From positions 7,440,001 through 7,504,000 of the forward strand of contig JBHGNT010000003.1 in the NCBI GenBank assembly GCA_043228905.1: a stretch of 64,000 nt of DNA, given 5' to 3'. Numbering within the stretch: position 1 is the stretch's first letter; every line of letters begins with the position of its first letter. The notes under the pieces were generated by a model. The model had not been told where the DNA came from. It saw only the letters and a program-made list of their open reading frames with translations, and did no database searches. The position numbers were made by a program, and so were the translations under genes. Of the stretch, positions 46,101 to 57,689 are shown piece by piece. This DNA is from Azolla caroliniana (Eukaryota; Plantae; Polypodiophyta).

Positions 46101-49100
46101 ATGTCTTCCAAGAGAATCGAGCGCGAGGACTCCAGGTAGGCCTCTGACACTGTGGACATTTTTGTAAATATGTTTCGTTTCTCAAGAACTCGATACGGCG
46201 TATCGAGTTCATGTATACAATACAAATATTTATACACGAACTCGATACGTCGAGTTCGTGTATAAATATTTGTATTGTATACATGAACTCGATACGCCGT
46301 ATCGAGTTCATGTTTAAAGTGTAGGTTTTAAACACGAACTCGATACGGCGTATCGAGATCGTGTTTAAAACCTACACTTTAAACACGAACTCGATACGGC
46401 GTATCGAGTTCGTGTTTAAAGTATAGGTTTTAAACACGAACTCGATACGCCGTATCGAGTTCGTGTTTAAAGTGTAGGTTTTAAACACGATCTCGATACG
46501 CCGTAACGAGTTCGTGTTTAAAGTTTGAATTTTAAACACGAAGTCGATACGCCGTATCGAGTTCGTGTTTAAAGTTTGAATTTTAAACACGAACTCGATA
46601 CGCCGTATCGAGTTCGTGTTTAAAACCTACACTTTAAACACGAACTCGATACGGCGTATCGAGTTCGTGTTTAAAGTTTGAATTTTAAACACGAATAAGA
46701 GGGCTTTGAGATAGAAAAATCATTTATGGGGTGGAAATGATATCAAATTGTCTGGCAAAATCAGTCTTTTTTATGTTGACTTTACTTACTTTTATCCAAA
46801 TACATGCTCTAATTATAGGTGTTTTATGACCTACTTTAGCTTAAAATAGTAGAAAATGATCTACAAATTGCCTTCACTCTGGCAAATTCTCCTCAATATA
46901 GGTTTAGAATCTATATAAGTCATACCTACTATTTAAAAGAATATATAACCCGTTTTACTTATTACGATATATATTTTCTAGGTTGAATAGCCCTGCCTAT
47001 AATAGATTTTTGAATATGTTACTGCTCCTGGAAACTGTTCTTCATTATAATAACAACTTCAATCTACGTGACTGTCTAACTTATGTTTTTGCATATACTT
47101 TCTTAAATAGGTCGTTTGAGAACCTGTCAGACCGACCCGTGAAGAAAATTAAGCTTCGCATACAAGGTTCTCCAATCGAAGCCCAGACCAAGGTAACTCC
47201 TGAGACCATGAAGAGAGGAAAAAAGCTTCTCTTTAACGAAGAGACAAAATCTCAGCCACATAGTGATGTAAGCCAAAAGAAACTTGTCGCCGCTACTGGA
47301 GGCGAAGACCTTCCTGACCGAGATCTAACGGACAAGGAATGGTGTATGCAATATGTCGACTCAAAGAAAAAAGTCGTATTGTATACAGCAAAGAAGAAGG
47401 GTGAGGGGCAGCTAGGAAAAGAAACTCCATTTATGTATGGCCGAATTCTACGATTTGACTACGAAGATGCAGATTCGGCCAACATATTGGTAATGATAGA
47501 GTGCTCCAAGGGGGTACGCAAAGTGTTCCTTTCAGAATACCTTTTAGTAAAGGAATCTTGTGGGCCTGAAGTGTCCTTGAGGCCTTATATACAAGGCCAT
47601 GTAACTCTAAGAGATGAAGAGCCCTCCCACTTGAAGGCCACAAAAAAGGTATCCAAAGTCCAGTCAAGACCAGCCAAGAAGAAGACAACGAAAATGTCGG
47701 ATACGGATTCGATAAGTGAAAATGAAGAAGAGGATAATAAGGGGACGCCAGGAGCCGAGCTGGCCTCGGGTGTCTTGTCATCCGAGCAGAATAAAATAAG
47801 GAGAGAGTTAATGCAACGGAAGCTGGTCAGGAAAGGGCAAGTATTTAATTTGCCTATAACACACATCCATCGGCCCCCTATTGATGAAAAAACAGGTCGA
47901 AGACCACTTGAGATTAGAGAGCCTCATCGCATGCATGTTCAAAATCTCAAGAAAAAAATGAAAATTAATCCTCATGCCACAGTGGTGCCTTTTATTGTTA
48001 TGGTGGATCCTGAAGAATGTGAAACCATTGAAGATTTTGATATCAGAAAGCATGATCAATATAATTATTTTGTCATTGCTGGATCGCATTCAGCAGAGGC
48101 ACGTCGGCAACTTGTGAGAGAACATCCAACCACTTTCTTCTTCAAGTATGCCGAGTGCAAAATTTATGTTGGGCTCACAACCGAAGAGGCTAAGCTGTTG
48201 GCATGGGACCATAATAATGATAATGACTATAGGCAGAAAATGTCGTCTATTGAGCGTATACGGTTCTTCCACCACGAGTATTTAGATGTGAAACAAAAGT
48301 TTGGTGTGAAGTTACATCCAGGCCTTCGACGTCAATGTCTGCATGAAGTCGGGATTGTGGTAGATGATAATGTTAGGTCCGATGGTCTTCGAAAGTATGA
48401 ATCTTGGTTTCAATTGGCGTTTAGAGATGGAGAAGTATGGGACCTCCAAGATCAAATATTCTCAATGTGGGAGAATAAGGAGGTAAAGGGTCAACGACAA
48501 AAGAAATGTAGGGTTGACCCTCAACTAGAATTAAAGTCACAAGCCGCCAAGAAAATTGACTTGACAATTGAAGAAGCGGCAGACGACATGAAGCTGTCTC
48601 TATGGAGAGCGATGCAAGGTATTAAGGACGAGCAGCTTCTTGTGTCGGTTTTGTCAAGGGTTGTGGCGAAAGATTTAAGCCTTGAAGAAATGGTCACTGA
48701 GTTCAATAAGTAAGTCTTTCAAATACTGAAATTGTAGTCTATCTGGTGTAATTCAAAGTTCTAATCTTGATTTCTAATTTTACAGTCATAAGGTGTACAT
48801 GAAGATCCAAGAAGTAATGATGAAACAACTTGGATGTATAACTTGGGAACAAGTGACCGAGGATTATCCTCTAACGTCTTCGTATAAGGCGTTATCAGAG
48901 TATTTTATTGCATTCAAGGATTGGGTTAGTATTGATGTTTTTTCATTACCCTATCATCATATGTAGAGCTTGTATAATAATACCTGATGTCCTATTGCTT
49001 CTATTAGAAACCGTGTCGAGGCAAGAAACAAGGAGAAGTTAAGGATATACACGATTTCCCTACATCCTTCCTTGCACATCTCAAGCGAGCCAGAAAAGAA

Positions 49101-50296
49101 AAGGATCGTCGCTTAGTCAAGGCGTACGAAATGGAGGAAGATGGCTCGTTTAAAAAATTTAGCCACAAAAAAGATATTACGAGAGATCTTTACTACAATG
49201 TGGTTTGCGGTGATGTCATCGACTTGATCCAGAAGGTGCCAAAGAAGGAATATACGCTAATGATTGCGGATATTCCTTACGGATTTCGAATGGCTGGGTC
49301 ATCATACGACGATGAACCGTTTAGGTTTAAACAATTGGAGAAGATGGTCAAGGATTTTGCTGAGCTAACGACCGCATCCTTGTGGCGAATAGTTGTCTTT
49401 CATAGTATGGACCAAGGGTACTCGGTAGCTCAAGCTTTGAGATCTCGTTGCCATGGCATCGAGAACCTTGCATGGTAAGGATTATTTATAGGTGTCTTTC
49501 ATTATATTGCAATTCTTAAGGTTGTTGAATCTATTCTTAACTCGATGAATTATTTTTTATAGGATCAAGACCAATGTAAATAGAGGGCCAACTTTTCGAT
49601 TCGTTAATGCCATTGAATACATAACGGTTGGCTACTTCGATGAAATTAAAAAACAGAGAATCAAAGAGCATTCTAATGAAGTGGGAGGTTCAAATCTGTT
49701 GGTATATCCAGCAGTGACTCGGAAATTGCGACATGTCACCACGACAGAACGGGGACTTGTCAACCCATACCAAAAACCTCAACGACTTATGATGCGCTTG
49801 ATCGAGATGTTTTCTGTCGAAGGAGACTGGATATTAGATCTCTTTTCTGGCACAGGTATTCCTCGAACTAGGGTAACGATCTTGAGATAACCAATCACTT
49901 TTTTTCGTTTGACAACTAAATCTTCTTGTTACTTACATCATAGGAACTACGTCAGCATGTGCATTGAAGCTGTTTAGAAATACAGTTGCATTGGAGAAGG
50001 ACGAGGACCAAGTTATATTTATTAATATGCGGATTAAGGCTTTGTGGGAGTGCCCAGACCAGGATGAGGAGGTCGGTGCAAAGAACCTCGCCAATACAAA
50101 AAGGTTTCAACCTGCTTCGCGAGAGCCTATTCCTCCGTTAGCCGGCGAACCGGGGGAGCTAATAGAGCTTGATGATGAGCTTATAGAAGATATTTCGTTG
50201 GCTCGGCTAACAGGGGAAACCAATGCACGTATAGCCGAAGACAGTTCTACACAAGATGATGAAGAAAATGACGTTGATGAATTGATTGCTATGTAA
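46101..50296 (+). CDS. ParB/Srx-like domain fused to a beta-class N6-adenine/N4-cytosine DNA methyltransferase; six exons, 961 aa
   Basis: GT-AG exons 46101-46135, 47111-48709, 48786-48924, 49008-49474, 49563-49855, 49944-50296 join in frame (2886 nt). ParB-like: PFIVMVD...YFVIAGSHSAEARRQL...EEAKLLAWDHN. MTase: GDVIDLI, IADIPYG (motif IV), WIKTN...IEYI, NPYQKPQRLMMRLIEMFS, GDWILDLFSGTGTT (motif I), ALEKD. Confidence 0.9.
46186..46695. repeat. Array of ten palindromes with a 51-bp period, in intron 1 of the ParB-MTase gene
   Basis: Core GAACTCGATACG(G/C)CGTATCGAGTTC, usually extended to TTTAAACAC...GTGTTTAAA. Cores at about 46186, 46238 (shortened), 46285, 46336, 46387, 46438, 46489, 46540, 46591, 46642. 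Confidence 0.95.
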
Positions 50297-51347
50297 TAGA
50301 CTCTATAAAGAATATGACACTGACGATTTGTTAAGATTTCACATTATTAATACAAATTTTGGGTTTTACCTAGTGGATTCTATTCTTTATAATCATCTAT
50401 ATGTTTCAATTTTATTTTTATATACTTGATTAGTAGATTTATGATATTGGTTTCACCGCGTGCATAGCTGACTACCAAACTTATGGAGAAACATGAACTA
50501 GCTTAAATGGAGGCTGATTTTGGTCCAAGCTAACCTTAACAGAACATGGCCCTATAATTATTGCCATGACTGTCCATGTTGTTATTATGGATCTTTGTCT
50601 TATATTGTTAAAACTATTATGTTTCTATTCCATTGCTGCTTAGATTGTGTAGTGTGTTGATAATGGTTCCAGTTGCGTTATCGTTCGGAGTTTGATCTTG
50701 TGTGAATCACCTAAGCAATAGAGTAGATCAATTTTAAATACAGGTATGAAAGCCTAATAGGTTTGTTATTTCCACGACATTATCCTAAAGTTCACTGCCT
50801 TACATTGTGCACAATTATATACACATATGGTTTGATCCCATATGAACAAACTGAGGAATAGATTAGATCAACTTTTAATATAAGTATTGAATACTTTAAT
50901 AAGTTAGTTATTCCAATCACTTATCCTAATGTGCACTATCCTACATTTTCGACAATTACATACATGCACGTATGGGTCAAAGTATAAATTATATCTCATT
51001 TTATTAGTATGGATACAAGTACACCTCATATTTTTGTAAAACCTACCTAATTAATATAAGTCTTTAAGTTAGTGTTTCCCTTGTCGCACAATAGTGCCAT
51101 AATGAGCCATAGTTGAACTTTATTTAGATACATTAACTTATCAACATGTCTAAACTTGCATGATTTCTAATGATCTCCACTCGTAGATCTATCATGTATT
51201 TTTATATTTGCAAATTCTTATCAAGTTGAGGAACATGTGATACTAGTGCATCCAATTATTGTAGAGAGGGTGTATTTTCTTCGTTTTAAGAAGATTCTAC
51301 AAGTGGAATGCGCAATCCTTCCACTTGTGAACGCGAACGTGTTAGTT

Positions 51348-53501
51348 CATTATCTTCTTCTACGACTCCCAGTTGGCGAGTGTCTTGTCCTCCATGAAGA
51401 TAATATCTCGACTCTGGAATACCTTCTTGTCAACCGGATCCCACACTCGGTAGCCGAACTCATCATCGCCGTATCCGAGGAATATGCATGGTCGGGTCTT
51501 TGGATCCAACTTTCCTCTCCGGTCCTTAGCAACATGCACGTACGCGAGACACCCGAACACCTTCAGATGTCGGTAGGACACTTCCTTACCGGTCCATACT
51601 CTCTGCAGCGTGTCTTCGTCCAAGGGTACTGAGGGTGATCTGTCTATCACATATGTCGTCGTCGACAGTGCCTCAGCCCAAAAATTCTTGGGTAATTTTG
51701 CATGCACCAGCATACTCCGGACCCTCTCTATTATGGTTCAGTTCATCCTCTCGGCCAGCCCGTTTAGTTCTAGCGTCTTCGGCACGGTAAATTCGAGCCG
51801 GATTCCCTTCGAGCGACAATACTCCTCGAACTGCCCTCAGTATTCACCTCCGTTATTTGCTCGAACCGCCTTTAGCTTCCGACCAGTTTCTCTTTCCACT
51901 CTCGCGTGGAGCTCTTTGAAGACAGATAGCACCTGATCCTTCGTCTTCAACGGTGTGGCCCATAGCTTCTGGTTGTGGTCATCTATGAACGTCACAAAGT
52001 ACTGCGATCCGGCATGTGACTTCGTATCTACTTGACACACATCCAGTGGTGCATTACGTCTCATCGGTGGCCTCAATCGGAAGGAGGCCAAACAATCAGT
52101 GCACTTCTCCAAGTGCACGTTCTTCACTGGAATGAGGTTGTCATCCGCAAGCCTCTTCATCCCCTTCACGCTCATGTGACACAGTCTCTTGTGCCACAGC
52201 TCACCGGCAGTGTCGGACGCTAGGTTCACTTCTTCCGGGCATAACCGGGCATTCATCAGGTACAACGTGTTGACCTTCCGGGCCCGAGCCACAATCAGGC
52301 TCCCTTTGCTAAACTTCATAACACCGTTCTGGATGCTACCCGTGTAGCCTTCATCATCTAGCCGACCGGTTGATATCAGGTTCAGTCGAACCTCCGGAAC
52401 GTGTCGGACATCCTTCAACAGCGGCTTGCATCCGGTTGGTGTTGTCAACCACACATCTCCTATGCCGACAATTCGGCATGTACTTTCATTCCCCATCCGG
52501 ACACAGCCATGATCACCAGCTAAGTAGGATGAGAAGCATTTCCGGTCCAGGGTAAGGTGGAACGACGCTCCGAAGTCGACCACCCAAGTCATCTCGTCGT
52601 TGGCAAGGTTTAGCTCACTCTCCTCGGTGATGAGCATCAACTCTTCTTCACTTGCCGTGATTGTCGTTGTTCCCTTCTGGTCCGGCCCCCTCCGATCTTT
52701 ACCGTTTCGATCCAATGTCCGCTTCGAATCGGTACCGTCGGTTTCCTTGTCTTTTCGGAAGTGCCGATAGTTCTTCTGGAAGTGTCCCGGCTTGCCGCAA
52801 TAGAAGCAAGTAGGCCTCCCCCTTGACTTTGACCGTGTCCTCGACTTTTCCCGGTTCTGGGGACTACGGTTCCTTTGCCTTCCGCATTCCAATTCGGTAA
52901 GGAGCGCTTTGGAGTCGGGGTTCGTATCCTTGTCTTTCGGACGCGCCTCCTCATCTAGCAAGCTCGACTTCACCCATGCTAGGGATAATCGTTTCCCTTC
53001 CAACCCGGCATTGCCTAAAGTGACGACCAACGTCTCCCAGCTATCTGGGAGGGAACTGGGCAGGAGTAGTGCTAGTACCTCATCGGCGAGCGGTACTTCC
53101 AATGATGTTGCTTGGTGGATCAGCCCCTGGAAGGCATTCATGTGCTCCGCCATGCTGGAGTCGTCTTGGTACCGGAGTCTTACTAGCTTCCGAAATACTG
53201 AAACCTAATTAACAGCATTTTTGTTTTGAAACATAATGCTGATCTTCTCCCAGAGCTCATGAGCCTTGCTCTCTTCATTGAAGTTGTTGTATAGGCTGAT
53301 GTCGATGAAGCACCGTATGTACGCCTTTGTCCTCATGTGCATCACCTCCCATATCGTGGCATCGATTTTGTCCGGTCTCTTGTCCCCAAACTGAACTGGC
53401 AACCAAAGATCTTTAACCACGAGCATGTCCCTCATCTTCGACTTCCACACTGAATAGTTGGAGCCAGTGAGCTTGAACATGCCTCCCAACGAATCGTCCA
53501 T
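51348..53501 (-). pseudogene. Copia E gag-PR-integrase region
   Basis: ORFs 53205-53519, 51837-53153 and 51360-51713 are separated by stops; CFYCGKPGHF and ANNGGEY present. Confidence 0.9.
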
Positions 53502-55983
53502 TTTTCTGTGTCGTTTCACTCTGATACCAGTTTGAAAGGAATATGGTTTCCTAAGCTATGCTTGGCCACGAGCAAGACATCGGATCAATCACAGAAAACA
53601 AGGATGTGGTGAGATGTATCTACACACGAAACAGTAAAGAAGAGAGTGCACTAGATGTTAACGTGGAAAATCCCAAAACTGGGAAAAAACCACGGCAGCC
53701 CCTAGACTGCAAAATATCACTATATCAAGATTACAACAATGGGGCACAGAGGCAACAACCTCTTGCTCCCTCGCTTCACCACCAAGCGGTTACAACAGAG
53801 GCAATAACCTCTTCCTCTCTCTCTCTCTCTCTCTCTTCTCTGTACACAGTTACACTTTGAATTATCGCCCCAACGATAATAACACAACCAACTCTACATC
53901 ATACTATTAAGTTTGCCCTAGGTCATATTTATACTAATATGACTTTCGGGCTATTTACAAATATAGCCCCAGTGGGCTCTCTAGAACATATTTACATATA
54001 TGTCCCTTCCATCCGATGAGAGGTTCTCACCGGGCCTACAACATCCGGTTCTCACCGGGTCTTCCGTTGTCGGGTACTCCACATCCGGTTCTCACCGGAT
54101 CTTCCATTGCCGAGTACTCCACATCCGGTTCTCACCGGGTCTTCCGTTGCCGACTACTCATCATCTGGTTCTTCTCACTTCCCATCCGGAGGGACCTGTT
54201 TCCTAACACGATTGTCCCTTCTTAGTAAGTTGTGTGAGAGGTAGAACAAGTTTTGAGTAATCCTGTATAAACTTGCGGTAGAAATTGGCAAAGCCTAAAA
54301 AGCATTGCACATCTCACAACGAACACAGAGTTTGCCACTCTACCACCGTTTTGACCTTAGCTGGATCCATGGACATGCCTTCCAAAGAGATGACATAGCC
54401 CAAAAATTCCACCCAGTTGCACCCGAAACTACATTTTTCTAGCTTTGCATAAAGACCGTGTTCTCGAAGACGTTTTAGTACTAACAGTATATGAGAATCG
54501 TGCTCTCCTCGAATCTTCGAATAAACGAGTAGATCATCCAAATAGATGATCAGACAAACATCCAAGAGATCTTGGAATATATCATTTGCCATTTGCTGGA
54601 AGACTGTTGGCGCATTAATGAGGCCGAACGGCATGACCGTATACTCAAAGTGCCCATATCTAGTGCAAAACACAGTCTTCCATTCATCTCTTGGTCGGAT
54701 CCGTACAAGGTTATATGCTCCCCATAAGTCGATCTTCATGAACCTTGCACCATTGATCCGTTCTAAAAGACTTGAGATAAGGGGAAGTGCATACCTATTT
54801 CTGATGGTGACCTTATTCCAACCACGGTAATCTACAATGAGACGAAGTGATCCATCCTTTTTCTTGACGAAGAAAATGGGTGCTCCGGCTAGAGATTTCG
54901 AATGTTGAATGAAACCATTTTCCAAATTCTCCTCTATATAGGCTCGAAGGACTTCTAGCTCGGTTGGTGACAAATTGTAGATCGGTCCCCATGGTGGCTC
55001 TTTTCCCGGTTGTAAATCGATGGGGCAATCATACGGTCGATGGTGAGGAAGCGTATTGGCTTGTACTTTATCGAACACATCGGCATAATGATGATACTTC
55101 TTTGGAAGTTGAACGGTGGACTCCTCTTTAGTGGTGTCGGAGGGTTTTACTGATATTGCGAAGAGAAATATTTCTTCCTTGTGTCCTTCTTCCCGCAACT
55201 GATGTAGCGAAATGGTTGCAATCTTATGAGTAGATCCTCGGGCTTGTCGATACCGGATTTCTCTTGTTCTCCAATCTATGTCTGGGTTATGTAATTCAAA
55301 CCATGGTAATCCTAAAACAATGGGATGTTTGGGATACTAATTATATTAAATGATACTACACACACTAGATTATCTAGGACAATATTAACGGGCTCTGACT
55401 CTTCTATGATATTTCTAGAAGCAATGGGACGACCATCAATGACTACTATAGAGGCTGGACACGGGCGTTTTCTAAGAGATATCTGATGAGTTTGGGCAAA
55501 ATTCCTATCCATGAAGCAAGAATTAGCTCCAAAATCTAAAAGTCCTAAGACATGTACTGGAGGGGTACTTTTAGTACTAACTATTACTTGGGCTACTAAC
55601 ACATTGCTAACTTGCTTAGAGGGAATGGAGTTCCACTAATGGGTTGCATATATCTAGGGTTGTCCAACCAAACGGCTCCTATTTTGGCTGGACTTAGTCG
55701 TTTAACTCTTCTTCTAACTGACTAAGGACATCAAATTTGCTCGCTAGATTTGGGCTATTAGTACTATTAGAACTATCAAATATTCCTACTGAAATAGACT
55801 CGGGTTTAGTACAATTAGAACTAGCAACTATTTGGTTTACCTGTCTTCTTGGCCTATGGGGACAATTTACTGCAATATGCCCTGGTCGACTGCAATGAAG
55901 ACATAGTTTATTTGCTCGACATCGCTGATTTTCTTCTTCCGATAATGGTCTGCGACGACGTTGTCGTGATGTTTCTAACACAG

Positions 55984-57218
55984 TGTGTGAAACCACCCTC
56001 GAAAAGAAGTAAAATAGTAGTTGAAATAAACTAGTATTATGAAGTTAACTTTATTGGTAGAAAAAATACTTTTTCATTTTCCAAAGATAATTCCTTATAA
56101 ATAAATGGTCAAAGGATTGAACCTTACAATAAATAATGATGAATATTAAGTTAGAGGTGGTTTTCAAAAGTAGACAAAAGTAGAGAAAAAGATGGAGAGA
56201 GAGAGAGAGAGAGAGAAAACACGCGTGGATATGAGGAGCACAGTAGAGAAAAAAACTCATAATTTCCTCATCAGATGTCCAAATTAGAAAAGAAAATATG
56301 CATAAGAAAGCTGACCCAAAGAGCTTTCTAAGAATATCTTGCATGTGAAATTTGGGGCTAGAAAACAAAAAATAGTCAGTAAAAGAAAATTCGACTCATA
56401 TAAACAAGCATTTTTTTAGGGGGAAAAGGCAAGCAATCCTAAACCTATAAATAAGAGCCTATTCTAGTGAAGATGGGGGGGGGGGGAGAAGGAACGCAAA
56501 AGCTCTACTGAATTGGAAAGTGGAAGAAGAAGGATCAACAACATCGAGAGGCATCATCAACAAAGACACTCCTTCTATACTCCACTCTCTTCTTTCCTCC
56601 ACCTCTCTTCCCCCATTCATTTATAAACAATCCTTCATATTCGCATCCAACCCATTGTAACATGATTCTTATATTATAAAAGAATCTATTATATTGATAT
56701 AAACTAATGTTTTCTTTCATCTACTTGTCTTATGTGTAAATCTTGATTATGCTTATTTGTTATCGTCATTTGTGCTTATTTGTTTGTGTGTCTTGTGACA
56801 AGGGAGCGTTTCGGGCTTTCCCATGCACCTCTCCTTTCACAAAGGCATTCAAACTTACGTGTCTTGCGTGTTAGTGTAAATCTTGCTTGTGTGTTCATGT
56901 GACTTGTGGCAAGGGAGCGTTCAGGCTTGTCCATGCACCTCTCCTTTCACAAAGGCGTTCGAAATTGTGTCTCCCGTGTGTAAACCTTGGTTGTGTGTTC
57001 GTATGACTTGTGGCAAGAGAGCGTTCAGGCTTTGCCCATGCATCTCTCCTTTCACAAAGGCGTTCGAAATTATTTCTCCTGTGTGTAAACCTTGCTTGTG
57101 TGTTCGTGCGACTTGTGGCAAGGGAGCGTTCGGGCTTGCCTATGCACCTCTCTGTTATTCCTAAAGGCCGAACAATAGCCTAACACAGGGTGTCTACGGA
57201 AGACACTTCACCAAAGGG
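55984..57218 (+). repeat. Probable LTR-derived segment with TATA box (about 56446) and about four ~105-bp tandem units (56795-57150)
   Basis: CAAGGGAGCGTT...ATGCACCTCTC recurs near 56799, 56910, 57014 and 57119. Termini are uncertain. Confidence 0.5.
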
Positions 57219-57614
57219 TGTTACGGCGAGGCAACTTAGACTAATGACTAATCAGACCTTTATCGGCTACTTAAGCAACATATCATGAATCCTAATACAC
57301 GCGTAAGATAGAACGTAATTAGCACAGAACAGTAATCAATACACAGAGATAAGACAATAGAGCTTTATTAATTATCCGTCCTCATTTACAATGTAACCGG
57401 GCCTTTTTATAGATCACCAACTCTGCATACAAAACGGTGCCAACCGGCACACTAATATGAACCGGTTCGGATCCGGATCGGCATACCGATTCTAGTCCGT
57501 ACGTTCACTTCTCAAAATATACTTAATTACTTAATATCCTAATAACAGCTTCCGATTATTCCTGCCCTTTCACATTCTGGACTGTCCTCAACTCCTTGCC
57601 AGCTGGCTAACACA

Positions 57615-57655
57615 TGGCACGCCCGTGGGACAGTACCTTGTACGTCGAATCCCAC
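57615..57655 (-). promoter_or_regulatory. Conserved hairpin with a tRNA-like 3' end at the expected PPT position
   Basis: Minus strand reads GTGGGATTCGACGTACAAGGTACTGTCCCACGGGCGTGCCA, then TG, then the LTR. Confidence 0.6.
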
Positions 57656-57689
57656 TATCCGGCCTTCAATCCTCATCCAAAATGTCCAG

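Larger units (their letters stand above)
42143..51343. mobile_element. 9201-bp TIR DNA transposon, Sola-like, with methyltransferase cargo
   Basis: 36-bp TIRs AACACGTTCGCGTTCACAAGTGGAAGGATYGCGCAT at 42143-42178 and 51308-51343 (1 mismatch). 4-bp TSD AGTT at 42139-42142 and 51344-51347. Removing the element restores copia pol collinear with 10330-10380. Confidence 0.93.
39754..54208 (-). mobile_element. Full-length degenerate copia element E, split by the DNA transposon
   Basis: LTRs at 39754-40278 and 53533-54208; TSD CGATT at 39749-39753 and 54209-54213; PBS-Met at 53519-53529; PPT at about 40281-40290. Confidence 0.92.
37933..55975 (-). mobile_element. Chromoviral gypsy element D (degenerate), in pieces 37933-39753 and 54209-55975, split by copia E
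   Basis: INT and RH remnants on the left; RT (YLDDLL), PR (LLDFGANSCF) and gag knuckle on the right. Collinear with element C across the CGATT TSD. Confidence 0.85.

Noticed and set aside
46186-46695. CRISPR-like appearance of regularly spaced palindromic repeats
   Set aside because: Linkers are only about 8 nt and are reused or inverted rather than unique; there are no cas genes; the array lies in a spliceosomal intron.
46983-47110. ORF-track N-terminus (MNSPAYNRF...) of the 576-aa ORF
   Set aside because: It starts at TTG in AT-rich sequence ending in a good acceptor (TTTCTTAAATAG); an upstream ATG exon at 46101-46135 splices in frame.
46101-50296. Bacterial or phage contamination as the source of the ParB-MTase
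   Set aside because: Five phase-compatible GT-AG introns, a TATA box, and TIR/TSD-defined insertion into a plant copia element.
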